From Verrucomicrobiota bacterium (GTDB taxonomy: Bacteria; Verrucomicrobiota; Lentisphaeria; Lentisphaerales; Lentisphaeraceae): a DNA stretch of 64,000 nt. Below the pieces are notes generated by a model, which saw only the letters and a list, made by a program, of their open reading frames with translations, searched no databases and had not been told where the DNA came from. This document shows positions 1 through 9,533 of this stretch, piece by piece (position 1 is the first letter of the stretch; the number at the start of each line of letters is the position of its first letter). The position numbers were made by a program, and so were the translations under genes. The stretch lies in the NCBI GenBank assembly GCA_039798785.1, contig JBDKFG010000001.1, positions 1 through 64,000 on the forward strand, written 5' to 3'.

Positions 1-154
1 CAACTTCGCCGAAGTTGGATATTTCTCCCATCCAAAAAGAGGCTCCAAAATGTTAGATCCATACTCTTTGGGCTGCAATTCGGCTTCGGAATCCAGGCTG
101 AAACAAGATACTTCGAATTTTTCTCTCAGTTCTAGGTTCCTTTGCAATTCTGAG

Positions 155-361
155 TGCGCCCTGGGTGTAGCGACGAGGCACGAGTCGCAAACCCTGGGTA
201 GCCTTATCCATGAGCCGGAGGCCTGAAAGGGCGATCCGAATGCGCCAAGCTCATTCTGGACGCCCCTCCGGGGCTCGAACCGACACGGCATTCCACCCAG
301 GGTTTGCCCTCGTTCCTCGGGCTACACCCTGGGCTATCTGCCGGCTGCCCCTCCGGGGCAA
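155..361. repeat. REP/REPIN-like palindromic element, copy 1 (internally deleted near the 5' end)
   Basis: Near-identical to 2111-2342. Internal inverted repeats GGGTGTAGC/GCTACACCC and AAACCCTGGGT/ACCCAGGGTTT, plus GCCCCTCCGGGGC hairpins. Confidence 0.85.
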
Positions 362-414
362 GAAGCTGCAAGAACAACTCGATCGGGACGATCGAGCCAC
401 ATCCTGAACGAGGC

Positions 415-2004
415 TCACTCCTCCTTGCCGCCCTTGTCGCGCCGGGCGGACGCCATTTTGTCGAGCATGGCCTTGCCGGCGCCGGGATGTTCCTGGGTCT
501 TGAAGAAGGCGGCGAGCTGGGAGAGAAGGCGGCTGCGGATTGCTGCCGATTGGGGATCCTCGGCGAGGTTGCGGGTCTCGCCGGGATCGCGGGAGTAGTC
601 GTAGAGCTCGAGGCCGGCGATCCGGTTCTCGGAGAAGGGCTCTTGCGACAGAAAGCCGGGTTTCATCCAGGCGGTGAGGCGGTAGTCGCCGGAGCGCAGG
701 GAGTAGCCGAGCTTGCCGTTGCGCGGGTATTGGCTGACGGCGCAGTCGTGGACGCTCGCCTTCTCGCCCTTGAGGACCGGCACCAGGCTCTTGCCCTGAA
801 GTTGATCCGGAGCGCGATGTCCGCTGAGTTCGCAGAGGGTCGGAAAGATGTCGATCATCTCGACCGGCGAGGCGTTGACCTTGCCGGCGGGCAGGCCGGG
901 AACGACGAAAATCAGCGGAGCTCGCACCGCCTGCTCGAAGTTCGAATGCTTGCACCAGAGGCCGTGGTCGCCGAGGTGCCAGCCGTGATCGCTCCAGAGG
1001 ACGACGACGGTGTTCTTGGCCAGGCCGAGACGCTCGAGGCCGTCGAGGACGCGGCCGATCTGGGCGTCGACGAAGGCGGTCGAGGCGTAGTAGCCGTGGA
1101 TCAGCTCACGCTGCTGTTCCGGACTGGGGTTTTTGCCGGCCTCGAAGCCGCTGAAGGCGCCGAGTTCGCCAAAGGTGTGCAGGGCGTAGGGCAGGCCCTG
1201 CTCCGAGTTCTTCTGCCAGGCCGCGAGGGGCATGTCCTCGCGCTTGAAGAGGTCCCAGTATTTCTTCGGCGCGACAAAGGGCAGGTGGGGTTTCATGAAG
1301 CCGAGGACCAGACAGAAGGGCTTGCCATCGGCCTTGGATTTTTCGAGCTGACTCAGGGCGGAATGGGCGAGGGCGCCATCGGCAAAGCAGTCGTCGGGCA
1401 GATCGACGCATTCGGTGGCGCGGTAGAGGCCTTTTTTCTTCAAGACGCTGATCAAGGCCGGATTTTTCAGGCGGGGGTTTTTCGCCAGCATCTCCCGGGC
1501 GAGGGCCTGGGCCTCGGGGCCCTGGAATTTGCCGAGGAGGGCCGGCGGATGCGCGGGATTGTAGGCGAGCTCCTCGAGCCAGAGATTCCAGGACTTGGCG
1601 GCGTCGTCGTGCTCGGCGCCGTGCAGCACCTTGCCCATGCCGATGCTGGTGTAGCCGCGCTCCTTGTAGAACTGCGGCAGGGTCATGATGTCGGGGTTGA
1701 TGTCGCGCATCGAGGTCTGCAGGTCCTGGATGCCGGTGAAGTCCGGGCGCAAGCCGGTGTACATGCTGATCCGCGAGGGGGCGCAGACCGCCTGCTGGCA
1801 ATAGGCGGCGGTGAAGAGGGTTCCGCGGGCGGCAAGGCGGTCGATGTGCGGCGTCTTCGCCAGCTTGTCGCCGCAGCAGCCGAGTGCCGGCTTGAGGTCG
1901 TCGACATTGAGGATCAGGATGTTGCGCGGCGCTTGCGGCGTTTCCGCCGGGGTTTCGGCGGCGGCGGCAGTGACGGCGAGGAAGAGGGCGAGGAAGAATT
2001 TCAT
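415..2004 (-). CDS. Sulfatase (iduronate/choline-sulfatase-like, S1 family), secreted
   Basis: Signal peptide MKFFLALFLAV, NILILNVDD, formylglycine motif CAPSR, GKVLH, SDHGWHLGDHG. Start moved to the ATG at 2004. Confidence 0.93.
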   Translation of the reverse strand: MKFFLALFLAVTAAAAETPAETPQAPRNILILNVDDLKPALGCCGDKLAKTPHIDRLAARGTLFTAAYCQQAVCAPSRISMYTGLRPDFTGIQDLQTSMRDINPDIMTLPQFYKERGYTSIGMGKVLHGAEHDDAAKSWNLWLEELAYNPAHPPALLGKFQGPEAQALAREMLAKNPRLKNPALISVLKKKGLYRATECVDLPDDCFADGALAHSALSQLEKSKADGKPFCLVLGFMKPHLPFVAPKKYWDLFKREDMPLAAWQKNSEQGLPYALHTFGELGAFSGFEAGKNPSPEQQRELIHGYYASTAFVDAQIGRVLDGLERLGLAKNTVVVLWSDHGWHLGDHGLWCKHSNFEQAVRAPLIFVVPGLPAGKVNASPVEMIDIFPTLCELSGHRAPDQLQGKSLVPVLKGEKASVHDCAVSQYPRNGKLGYSLRSGDYRLTAWMKPGFLSQEPFSENRIAGLELYDYSRDPGETRNLAEDPQSAAIRSRLLSQLAAFFKTQEHPGAGKAMLDKMASARRDKGGKEE

Positions 2005-2110
2005 GGTGGGGGCCTCGGGCTTGGGTCTTTGCTGATGGTAGGCGCGGCGGGGAGGAATCTTACACAAAACCCTGGAAGGCAGTCTCAGTCTCTTGGTGAG
2101 TGCGGCTGGT

Positions 2111-2342
2111 TGCGCCCTGGAAGGGCGGCCGGATGTCAGCCCAGGGTGTAGCGACGAGGCACGAGTCGCAAACCCTGGGTAGCCTTATCCATGAGCCGGA
2201 GCCCTGAAAGGGCGATCCGAATGCGCCGAGCTCATTCTGGACACCCCTCCGGGGCTCGAACCGACATGGCATTCCACCCAGGGTTTGCCCTCGTTCCTCG
2301 GGCTACACCCTGGGCTATCTGCCGGCTGCCCCTCCGGGGCAA
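2111..2342. repeat. REP/REPIN-like palindromic element, copy 2 (full length)
   Basis: Imperfect palindrome GCCCTGGAAGGGC...AGCCCAGGGTGTAGC...GCTACACCCTGGGCT...GCCCCTCCGGGGC; direct repeat of 155-361. Confidence 0.85.
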
Positions 2343-2408
2343 AAGGTTTAAGTAATTTCGCAACAACAAAGCTAGCGGGACACCGGCGATCCAGTAAGAG
2401 ATGAGCGG

Positions 2409-3416
2409 TTAACGCAGATGCGGCTTGAGCCAATCCATCTGCGGTGCGGCTTTACCGTCGCGGTCGGAGGAGAGGCGGAAGAGGTAGTCGGGGTTCCAGG
2501 CCTGGCCGCCGCCCCACCAGGCCCAGCCGGCCCAGACCTCGGGGTTTTCTTCCATGTGCTTCAGCATGGCGTCGATCGCTTCGCGGGAGTTGGGGCTGAC
2601 GGCGCCGCCGAATTCACCGAGGAAGCCGCGCTTCTTGTGCTGCTTCAGCCAGGTCGTGAAACCCTGCAGGGCCTCGACGCCGACTTCGGGGCTGGCGCAG
2701 TCGGGCTTCTGGCCGGCGCCGTTCCTGTCGAGATACTGGTGCACCTCGAAGACGATGTTGTCGGCGGGATCCTTGACCTCGAGCATCGCGACGGCGTTGG
2801 GGGTTCCGTACCATTTGGCGTTCCAGGAATGGGCGCCGCTCCAGGCGTTGCCGCAGACGAAGACGGCTTGTTTGGCGCCGGTCGCCCGGATGGCGGCGAT
2901 GGCGGCATTGGCGGCGCGCACCCAGTCCTCGCTTTTCAGTCCATGCGGCTCGTTCATCAGGCCGAAGCGGAGATGGGGATCGTCCTTGAACTCGCTGGCG
3001 AGGCGTCGCCAGAGATCGGCGAAGGCGCCATCGGCGAGGGCGCCGCCGAGCACCTGGTCGCCATGGCGGGCGTAGTTGTGACAGTCGAGCAGCACCTCGA
3101 AGCCCTGGGCGCGGAAGGATCGGACCGTGGCCGAGAGCTTGGCGTGGTAGCCGGGGTCGAACTCGCCGCCCGGCTGCGGCTGCAGGCGCTCCCAGCGGAA
3201 GGGCAGGCGGATCAGGTTCATCCCGGCGCGGCGGAACTCCTCCGCCTCGGGCGCGGCCGGCCAGTGGTAGTGCTTGCCTTCGATGCCCGGCAGCGCCTTC
3301 TTGGCGAACTCGGGGCCGGAAAGGGTGACGCCGCGCAGCTCCAGGGGCTTGGCGGGAACGGGCTCCGGAGTCTCGGGAGTGACGGCGAGCAGCAGGCTGG
3401 CGAGCAGGGAGAGCAT
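2409..3416 (-). CDS. Glycoside hydrolase family 5 (endoglucanase-like), secreted
   Basis: GMNLIRLPFRWERLQP, LDCHNY, catalytic NEP motif, FEVHQYLD, LGEFG; signal peptide. Confidence 0.92.
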   Translation of the reverse strand: MLSLLASLLLAVTPETPEPVPAKPLELRGVTLSGPEFAKKALPGIEGKHYHWPAAPEAEEFRRAGMNLIRLPFRWERLQPQPGGEFDPGYHAKLSATVRSFRAQGFEVLLDCHNYARHGDQVLGGALADGAFADLWRRLASEFKDDPHLRFGLMNEPHGLKSEDWVRAANAAIAAIRATGAKQAVFVCGNAWSGAHSWNAKWYGTPNAVAMLEVKDPADNIVFEVHQYLDRNGAGQKPDCASPEVGVEALQGFTTWLKQHKKRGFLGEFGGAVSPNSREAIDAMLKHMEENPEVWAGWAWWGGGQAWNPDYLFRLSSDRDGKAAPQMDWLKPHLR

Positions 3417-3461
3417 GCGGGGACCTCAGGGTTTCAGGATGTGGCGGTTCAGAGTAGGAAC

Positions 3462-4898
3462 TCAGAAGTCCTTCGCCTTGCCCTTGCCTTCGCTCTTCTG
3501 GATCGGCGAGGTTTCGCCGCGGAGGCGGAGGCAGCCGGCGGAGCTGGCGCGGAGGGCGGCGGCAAGCTCCTTGACCAGCGCGGCGTGGGCCGGATCGGCC
3601 GCGAGATTCACCTTCTCGAGCGGGTCGTTTTCATAGTCGAAGAGGTCGCTGGCGACGAGCTTGCCGTCCTTGTTGCTGATCCACTCGGTGTAGCGGTAAC
3701 GTTCGGTGCGGAAGGAGTAGCCGGCGGCGCCTTTGTTCTTGAAGACGGTGAGGGCGCCGGCGTGGACCGAGGCGGCGCGGCCGTCGAGCAGGGGCTTGAG
3801 GCTCTTGCCTTCGACGCCGGCGGCGGCGGGCAGGCCGGCGAGCTCGCTGAGCGTGGGGAAGATGTCGGTGAACTCCACCGGCGAGGCCTGCATCTGGGCC
3901 TTGCCGCCGGGGACGGAAATGATCAGGGGGACGCGGGCGGCCTCCTCGAGCACCGAGTGCTTGGCCCACATGCCGTGGTCGCCGAGGTGGAAGCCGTGGT
4001 CGCCCCAGACGACGATGATGGTGTTCTTGTCGAGGCCGCGCTTCTTCAGGTCGGCGAGGAGGGCGGCGATCTGGGCGTCGACGAAGGCGGTGCAAGCGTA
4101 GTAGCCGTGTTGCACCTCGCGCTGGATCTCGGCGGGGATGGGTCCGCTGGCGGGGACGCCTTCGAAGCCGCGCAGCTCGGGACTGTCGTGGAGGACGAAG
4201 CCGCTGTCGTCCTTGACCCCGCCCTGGTAGGGGGCGAGAGGGAAGTCTTCACGCTGGAAGAGGTCCCAGTATTTCTTCGGCGCGACGCAGGGCAGGTGGG
4301 GCTTCTTGAAGCCGACGGCGAGGAAGAAGGGCTGCTTGCCGGCGGCGAGCTGGGCGAGAAGCTCGCGGGCGCCGGCGCCGATGGCGCCGTCCTGCACCTT
4401 GTCGTCCGTCACATCAGGCGCCGAGGCGAAACGCTTGCTCTCCTTGGCCAACTGGCCGGCCTTGATCTTGACGTAGGGGATCGACCAGGAGGGGCTGTCG
4501 TGGCCTTCGTCGCAGCAGCGGGGGTCGAAGATCTTGCCGACGGCGGCGGTGGCGTAGCCGTGCTGGCGGAAGTGCTGCGGCAGGGTGACGATGTCGGGGT
4601 GGACGCTGCGGGCATCGGTCTTCAGGTCGCAGACGCCGGAGGATTCGGGGCGGCGCGAGGTGAGCAGGGAGGAGCGGGAGGGTCCGCAGACCGGCCATTG
4701 ACAGTAGCTGCGTTGGAAGACCGTGCCATGCGCCGCGATCGAGTCGATGGCCGGGGTTTTGGCGAGCTTGTCGCCGTAGCAGCCGAGGCTCGGCTTCATG
4801 TCGTCGGCGGCGATGAAGAGGACGTTGGGCCGGGGCGTTTCGGCCGGAGGCGGAGCGGGCTCGGCCGCGAAGAGCGTGAAGACGAGGAGGAGGTTCAT
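3462..4898 (-). CDS. Sulfatase (iduronate-sulfatase-like), paralog of 415-2004
   Basis: RPNVLFIAADD, CGPSR, KPHLP, GDHGFHLGDHG. Confidence 0.93.
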   Translation of the reverse strand: MNLLLVFTLFAAEPAPPPAETPRPNVLFIAADDMKPSLGCYGDKLAKTPAIDSIAAHGTVFQRSYCQWPVCGPSRSSLLTSRRPESSGVCDLKTDARSVHPDIVTLPQHFRQHGYATAAVGKIFDPRCCDEGHDSPSWSIPYVKIKAGQLAKESKRFASAPDVTDDKVQDGAIGAGARELLAQLAAGKQPFFLAVGFKKPHLPCVAPKKYWDLFQREDFPLAPYQGGVKDDSGFVLHDSPELRGFEGVPASGPIPAEIQREVQHGYYACTAFVDAQIAALLADLKKRGLDKNTIIVVWGDHGFHLGDHGMWAKHSVLEEAARVPLIISVPGGKAQMQASPVEFTDIFPTLSELAGLPAAAGVEGKSLKPLLDGRAASVHAGALTVFKNKGAAGYSFRTERYRYTEWISNKDGKLVASDLFDYENDPLEKVNLAADPAHAALVKELAAALRASSAGCLRLRGETSPIQKSEGKGKAKDF

Positions 4899-4921
4899 GG
4901 CGGGCTCCGGCGTGAAGAGGT

Positions 4922-5191
4922 TCAGGCGTGGCAGGGGACGGCCTGGCGGCCGGACTCATGCCGCCAAGCAGCGAGCTTGGCGGCGAAGAAGGCGACGCGG
5001 TGCGGCAGTTCGCGGGCGAGATTGTGCTGCTCGCCAGGATCCTGCTCGAGATCGTAGAGAAGCGGGGTGCCGTCGTCAAGCTCAACATACTTCCAATCGC
5101 TCTCGAGAAGCGCCAGGGCGCCGTCCTGCTCGGCAAAGTAGAGGGTGACGTTTTTCATTCGGGGTTTTCCTTCAGTCGAATCTGGGTTCAT
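4922..5191 (-). CDS. Small protein resembling a sulfatase C-terminal subdomain only (stand-alone module or gene remnant)
   Basis: WKYVE...LLYDLEQDPGEQHNLA matches the C-termini of the neighbouring sulfatases; no CxPxR motif; ATGA overlap with the upstream gene. Confidence 0.6.
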   Translation of the reverse strand: MNPDSTEGKPRMKNVTLYFAEQDGALALLESDWKYVELDDGTPLLYDLEQDPGEQHNLARELPHRVAFFAAKLAAWRHESGRQAVPCHA

Positions 5192-6681
5192 TCGCCATCG
5201 TCCTTGCCCTTCTTTACCGGATTGACCTTGACGAAGGGTCCGGCTGCGGCCTTCCAGGCGGCGAGCTTCTTGCTCAATTCTGCGGCGACTTCGGGTTTGG
5301 CGGCGGCGAGATTCTTGATCTCGTCGGGATCGGCCTTGAGGTCGAAGAGGAGGCGGCTGCCGTCAAGCCCCTCGATCAGTTTGTATTCGGCGGTCACCAG
5401 GGCGCTGGCCTGCTCGACTTCGGCGACGGCGAAGTCGCGCTGGTAGACGCCGCGGCCGGTGAGGAGGGGGCGGAGGCTTTCGCCCTGGGCCAGCTGCCGC
5501 TGTCCGGCGGGAGCCTGGGCGAGGTCGAGCACCGTGGGGGCGAGATCGATCAGCTCGACCGGGCGGGAGACGCGGCCGGCCTTGACGCCGGGGCCGGCGA
5601 CGATCAGTGCGGGGTTGAGGACCTCCTTGTAGAGCGTCTCCTTGTGATCGAGGCCGTGATCGGCGTTCATGATGCCGTGATCGGAGAAGAAGACGATGAC
5701 GGTGTTCTCGCCGAGCTTGCCGGCCTCGATCGCCTGGACGACGCGTCCGAGCTGGGAATCGATGTAGCTCATCATGCCGTTGTACTGGCGGCGCATCTCC
5801 TCGGTCTTCCTCGGGTTGCGGCTCCACAGGTGGGGGCGGAGGAAGGCCGGGACGGCCTTGGGGTCGGGCTCGACGATGATCGGCAGGGAGGGCTTGTCGG
5901 CGGCGGCGTCCAGCCAGGACTGGGCGCAGTTGTAGGGGCCGTGGGGGGCGCTCCAGTTGATCCACAGGAAGAACGGCTTGTCGCCGGCCTTGCGCCGGGC
6001 GATCCAGTCGCAGCTGAGCCGGGTGATGAGCGAGTCGAGATAGTCGTCGCCGAGGCTGCTGGGCTTGACGCCGTCCTTGAGGAACTGCTCCATCAGTCCC
6101 TTGTCGTGGAGGTGGTCGGCGTAGGCGTCGAGACCGTATTTCCATTCACCCTTCTTGCCGGCGTTTTCGGCCTTCTTGGCGGCGACGTGGCGGCCGGCGG
6201 ACTGCCAGACGTGGTCGAAGCCCATGTTCCGCTTCATCGCCTGGTCGCGCTTCTGGCTCGGGGTGCCGGAGAAGCCGTCTTCGTTGGCGAGGACGTGGCA
6301 CTTGCCGATCCAGGCGGTGGTGTAGCCGGCCTGCTGCAGGGCCTTGGGGAAGCTGAAGATGCCGGCGGGCAGCTGGTCTAGCTGGCTGTTGGCATAGAGG
6401 CCGAGCTGATGGGGATAGCGGGCGGTGATCAACGAGTTGCGGGAGGGGGCGCACATGCAGCCTTGGACGACGCCGTTGTCGAAGACCGCGCCGCGGGCCG
6501 CGAGCTTGTCGATGTTGGGAGTGGACACCCCCTTGCCGCCGAAGGCGCTGAGGTATTTGGCGGTGAGGTCGTCGACCTCGGCGAAGATGATGTTGGGACG
6601 CGAGTCGGACTGGGCCGGGGGGGGCTCGGCGGCGAAGAGGGCGGCAGGGACGAGGAGGAGGCAGGCGGCGAGAAATTTCAT
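5188..6681 (-). CDS. Sulfatase, secreted
   Basis: RPNIIFAEVDD, CAPSR, IGKCH, SDHG, LFDLKADPDE. Confidence 0.93.
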   Translation of the reverse strand: MKFLAACLLLVPAALFAAEPPPAQSDSRPNIIFAEVDDLTAKYLSAFGGKGVSTPNIDKLAARGAVFDNGVVQGCMCAPSRNSLITARYPHQLGLYANSQLDQLPAGIFSFPKALQQAGYTTAWIGKCHVLANEDGFSGTPSQKRDQAMKRNMGFDHVWQSAGRHVAAKKAENAGKKGEWKYGLDAYADHLHDKGLMEQFLKDGVKPSSLGDDYLDSLITRLSCDWIARRKAGDKPFFLWINWSAPHGPYNCAQSWLDAAADKPSLPIIVEPDPKAVPAFLRPHLWSRNPRKTEEMRRQYNGMMSYIDSQLGRVVQAIEAGKLGENTVIVFFSDHGIMNADHGLDHKETLYKEVLNPALIVAGPGVKAGRVSRPVELIDLAPTVLDLAQAPAGQRQLAQGESLRPLLTGRGVYQRDFAVAEVEQASALVTAEYKLIEGLDGSRLLFDLKADPDEIKNLAAAKPEVAAELSKKLAAWKAAAGPFVKVNPVKKGKDDGE

Positions 6682-6812
6682 GGGAGCGTCTCCGTAAGGC
6701 TTCTGCTTCTAGGTAACCGCCAAAAGCGGCGATCTTACAAGTTCGTCACGAGGAATCCAAGGATTTCCGGGAGAGGCTATCTTGTCGCCGATCCAACCCT
6801 CCGGGAGACGTG

Positions 6813-7391
6813 ATGGCCGACCTCTTCACCCGCGCCACTTTGTTGCGGCGCCTCAAGGATCCCTCCGATGAGACCTCGTGGAGCGATTTCCGCGACACCT
6901 ATGCGCCTTACGTGAATGCGCTGCTGCGTCGCTACGGCCTCAACGGGGCCGACGCCGAGGATCTCCTGCAGGATCTGATGTTGGTGTGCTGGCGGCAGCT
7001 GCCGAAGCTGGACTACGACCCCGGGCGCGGCAGCTTCCGCGGCTGGCTGATGGTCTGCACCCGCAACGCAGCGATGAAATTCCACCGCCGCCACCGCCAC
7101 GAATCCAGTGACGAACTTGCGGTCGACGAGCTGCGTGACGACAGCAGTGCCGCCGAGGCTGAAGCCGAGGAGGAATGGCGCGCCTTCATCAGTGCCAAGG
7201 CCTGGGAGGCGGTCAGCCGCCGCCTCAACCCCGACATGGTCGACCTGTTCAAACGCCTCGCCGCCGGCGAGACTCCCGAGGCCGCCGCCGCCCGCACCGG
7301 CCTGGCGCAATCCTCGGTCTACGTCTACAAGCAGCGGGTGATCCAGGCCCTGCAGAAGGAGATCCTGCGGCTCGAGAGGGAATTGCTGTGA
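6813..7391 (+). CDS. ECF sigma-70 factor
   Basis: TRATLLRRL, DAEDLLQD, YDPGRGSFRGWL, C-terminal HTH ending VYVYKQRV. Confidence 0.9.
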   Translation: MADLFTRATLLRRLKDPSDETSWSDFRDTYAPYVNALLRRYGLNGADAEDLLQDLMLVCWRQLPKLDYDPGRGSFRGWLMVCTRNAAMKFHRRHRHESSDELAVDELRDDSSAAEAEAEEEWRAFISAKAWEAVSRRLNPDMVDLFKRLAAGETPEAAAARTGLAQSSVYVYKQRVIQALQKEILRLERELL

Positions 7392-9304
7392 GCTCGGATC
7401 CCTTCGCCAGCTTCCTCTCCGGCCAGGTGGCGGCGGCGAAGGAATCGGCCGCCGCGGCCCGGCATCTGCCGCCGGCGAGCAACCTGCCTCCCGAGGAGCG
7501 CTATCTCGGCCGCGAACTCATCGGCGAAGGCGGGCAGAAGCGGATCTACAAATGTCGCGACCTGGTGGCGGGGCGCGAGGTCGCCCTGGCCCTGCCGCTG
7601 GCTGGCGCCGACGAGGCCAGCCTCGCCCGCTTCCGGCGCGAAGGCCGCATCGCCTCCTTGCTCGAGCACCCGAACATCCTGCCGGTCTACGACCTCGGCC
7701 TTCTTCCCGGGGCGGGCCCCTTCTTCACCATGCGCTTGGCGAGCCGCTGCAGCCTCGGCGAAGCCCTCGCCGGCGGCCGCATCGACTTCCCTGAGGCGAT
7801 CGCGGCTATGGTCTCAGTGTGTCTCGCCCTTGAATGCGCCCACAGCCACGGCATCAGTCATTTCGACGTCAAGCCCGCCAACATCCAGCTCGGCCAGCAC
7901 GGTGAGGTGCTGCTCTGCGACTGGGGTCTCGCCGGCATCTCCTATGAGACCTGCAGCGACAAGGTGATGGCCGACGAGGAGCTGCGCCGGATCGATCTCG
8001 CCTGTTTTGTCGACGCCACCGTCGAGGGTACGCCCGGCTTCGCCGCTCCCGAGATCTGGAAAGCGGGGGCGGAACGGGGGCCTTGGAGCGACATCTTCTC
8101 CCTCGGCAAGCTGCTCGAGGCTGTTCTGACCGCCTTTGCCGCCGAAGCGCCAGGACTCCGGGCCGTCGCCGCCAAGGCCTCCGCCGAGCTCGCCGGGAAT
8201 CGCTACGCCAGTGTCACCGAGTTCCGTCTAGAGCTCGAGCGTTTCCGCGGCGGCTTCGCCACCGGCGCCGAAGCCGCCGGCCCAGGGAGGCTGCTCTGGC
8301 TCCTCGCCAAACGCCAGCCAGTCGCCGTTGCAGCCGTCGCGCTGCTCCTCGTCGGTATCCCCCTGGTGATGCTCGACATGCGCAGCCGCCAGCTCGCTGC
8401 CGAGGAACTCGCCGCCAGGCTCGAGACCGAACGCCGCGCCAAGGAGGAGCTGCAGGCTCACGAGCTTCCCTGGTTGATCCAAGAGGCGACCCGCCTCTAC
8501 CGCGAACGCCATTATGACGAGGCGGCGGCGCAACTGCCTTTGATGCGCTCGATTGATTCCCGTCACCCCAAGATCGGCCTTCTCGACGCCTTCCTCCGCA
8601 TCCACCGCGGCGACTGGGAAGGCGCCGCCGCACGACTCCCGCCCCAGCTCCGCGACAAGCTTCCGGATCTGCAAGAGGGCAGCCTCGACGGCCTGCTCGC
8701 CTTCCTCGAGAAGCTCGATGTCAAGACCGAGCCCGAGTCCTGCCTCTACCGCAATCTGATCACCGAGCGCTTTCCGCAATTCTCGGACCTCGAAGACAAG
8801 AAGCGGCTGGCCTTGGCGGAGTGGCGGCTCAAGCTGAAGGATGGAGAAGTGCCGCGGCTTCACCTCGCCAAGGTCCGCGGCGGCCTCGAGATCGATGTCT
8901 CCGGAAATCCCGGCCTCGCCAGCTTCGGCCCGCTCAACCGCTTTACCTCCGGACGCCGCCTCGCCAAAGTCGACCTGAGCGGTTGCGACGCCTCCTTCCT
9001 CCCTTCGTTCTCCGGCAGCTCAATCGATCGCCTCGTGCTCGACCAGACCGTCAATCTGCAGCTCTCCTCCTTGGCGTCAGTCCCGATACGGCATCTCAGC
9101 CTCAAGAATCTCGGACGCCAGGACTTCGACTTCCGCGGCCTCCAAGCCGAGGAAGTCGACCTCCGCGGCAGCGAAGCCAGCCGCTGGAGTGAACTCCGCC
9201 AGATCCAGAAGCTGCGACGCGTCATCGTCGAGTCCGCTTCTGAGGAACTCCGCGCCGCCCTTCCTCCAGGAGTGCAGCTGGACGAAAGACCGAAGCCTCA
9301 ATGA
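7388..9304 (+). CDS. Membrane Ser/Thr protein kinase with C-terminal TPR/LRR-like region
   Basis: IGEGG, LEHPNILPVYD, HFDVKPANI, DWGLA, GTPGFAAPE, one transmembrane segment. GTG start overlaps the sigma-factor stop (GTGA). Confidence 0.9.
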   Translation: MSSDPFASFLSGQVAAAKESAAAARHLPPASNLPPEERYLGRELIGEGGQKRIYKCRDLVAGREVALALPLAGADEASLARFRREGRIASLLEHPNILPVYDLGLLPGAGPFFTMRLASRCSLGEALAGGRIDFPEAIAAMVSVCLALECAHSHGISHFDVKPANIQLGQHGEVLLCDWGLAGISYETCSDKVMADEELRRIDLACFVDATVEGTPGFAAPEIWKAGAERGPWSDIFSLGKLLEAVLTAFAAEAPGLRAVAAKASAELAGNRYASVTEFRLELERFRGGFATGAEAAGPGRLLWLLAKRQPVAVAAVALLLVGIPLVMLDMRSRQLAAEELAARLETERRAKEELQAHELPWLIQEATRLYRERHYDEAAAQLPLMRSIDSRHPKIGLLDAFLRIHRGDWEGAAARLPPQLRDKLPDLQEGSLDGLLAFLEKLDVKTEPESCLYRNLITERFPQFSDLEDKKRLALAEWRLKLKDGEVPRLHLAKVRGGLEIDVSGNPGLASFGPLNRFTSGRRLAKVDLSGCDASFLPSFSGSSIDRLVLDQTVNLQLSSLASVPIRHLSLKNLGRQDFDFRGLQAEEVDLRGSEASRWSELRQIQKLRRVIVESASEELRAALPPGVQLDERPKPQ

Positions 9305-9348
9305 GCCCCAAAAGCATCCAACGCGGCTTGTAATCCGGCATGGCGTTC

Positions 9349-9522
9349 CGACGGGCAAAGCGCGACGGGCAAAGCGCGACGGGCAAAGCGCGACGGGCAA
9401 AGCGCGACGGGCAAAGCGCGACGGGCAAAGCGCGACGGGCAAAGCGCCGGGCAAAGCGCGACGGGCAAAGCGCGACGGGCAAAGCGCGACGGGCAAAGCG
9501 CGACGGGCAAAGCGCGACGGGC
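9349..9522. repeat. Tandem repeat, 14-bp unit CGACGGGCAAAGCG, about 12 copies (one with a 2-bp deletion)
   Basis: Directly visible, with no spacers; lies between the convergent kinase and rtcA genes. Confidence 0.97.
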
Positions 9523-9533
9523 TCTCAGGATCC

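Noticed and set aside
1..154. Possible gene fragment at the window start
   Set aside because: Too short to assign a frame or product.
304..5057. Long plus-strand ORFs (304-2151, 2418-5057) and similar antisense ORFs elsewhere (23210-25225, 25286-27046, 37223-38860, 60044-62994)
   Set aside because: Shadow frames opposite clearly recognisable genes in high-GC DNA.
9349..9522. CRISPR array or coding repeat protein
   Set aside because: Head-to-tail 14-bp units without spacers; the ORFs across it arise only because the repeat lacks stop codons.
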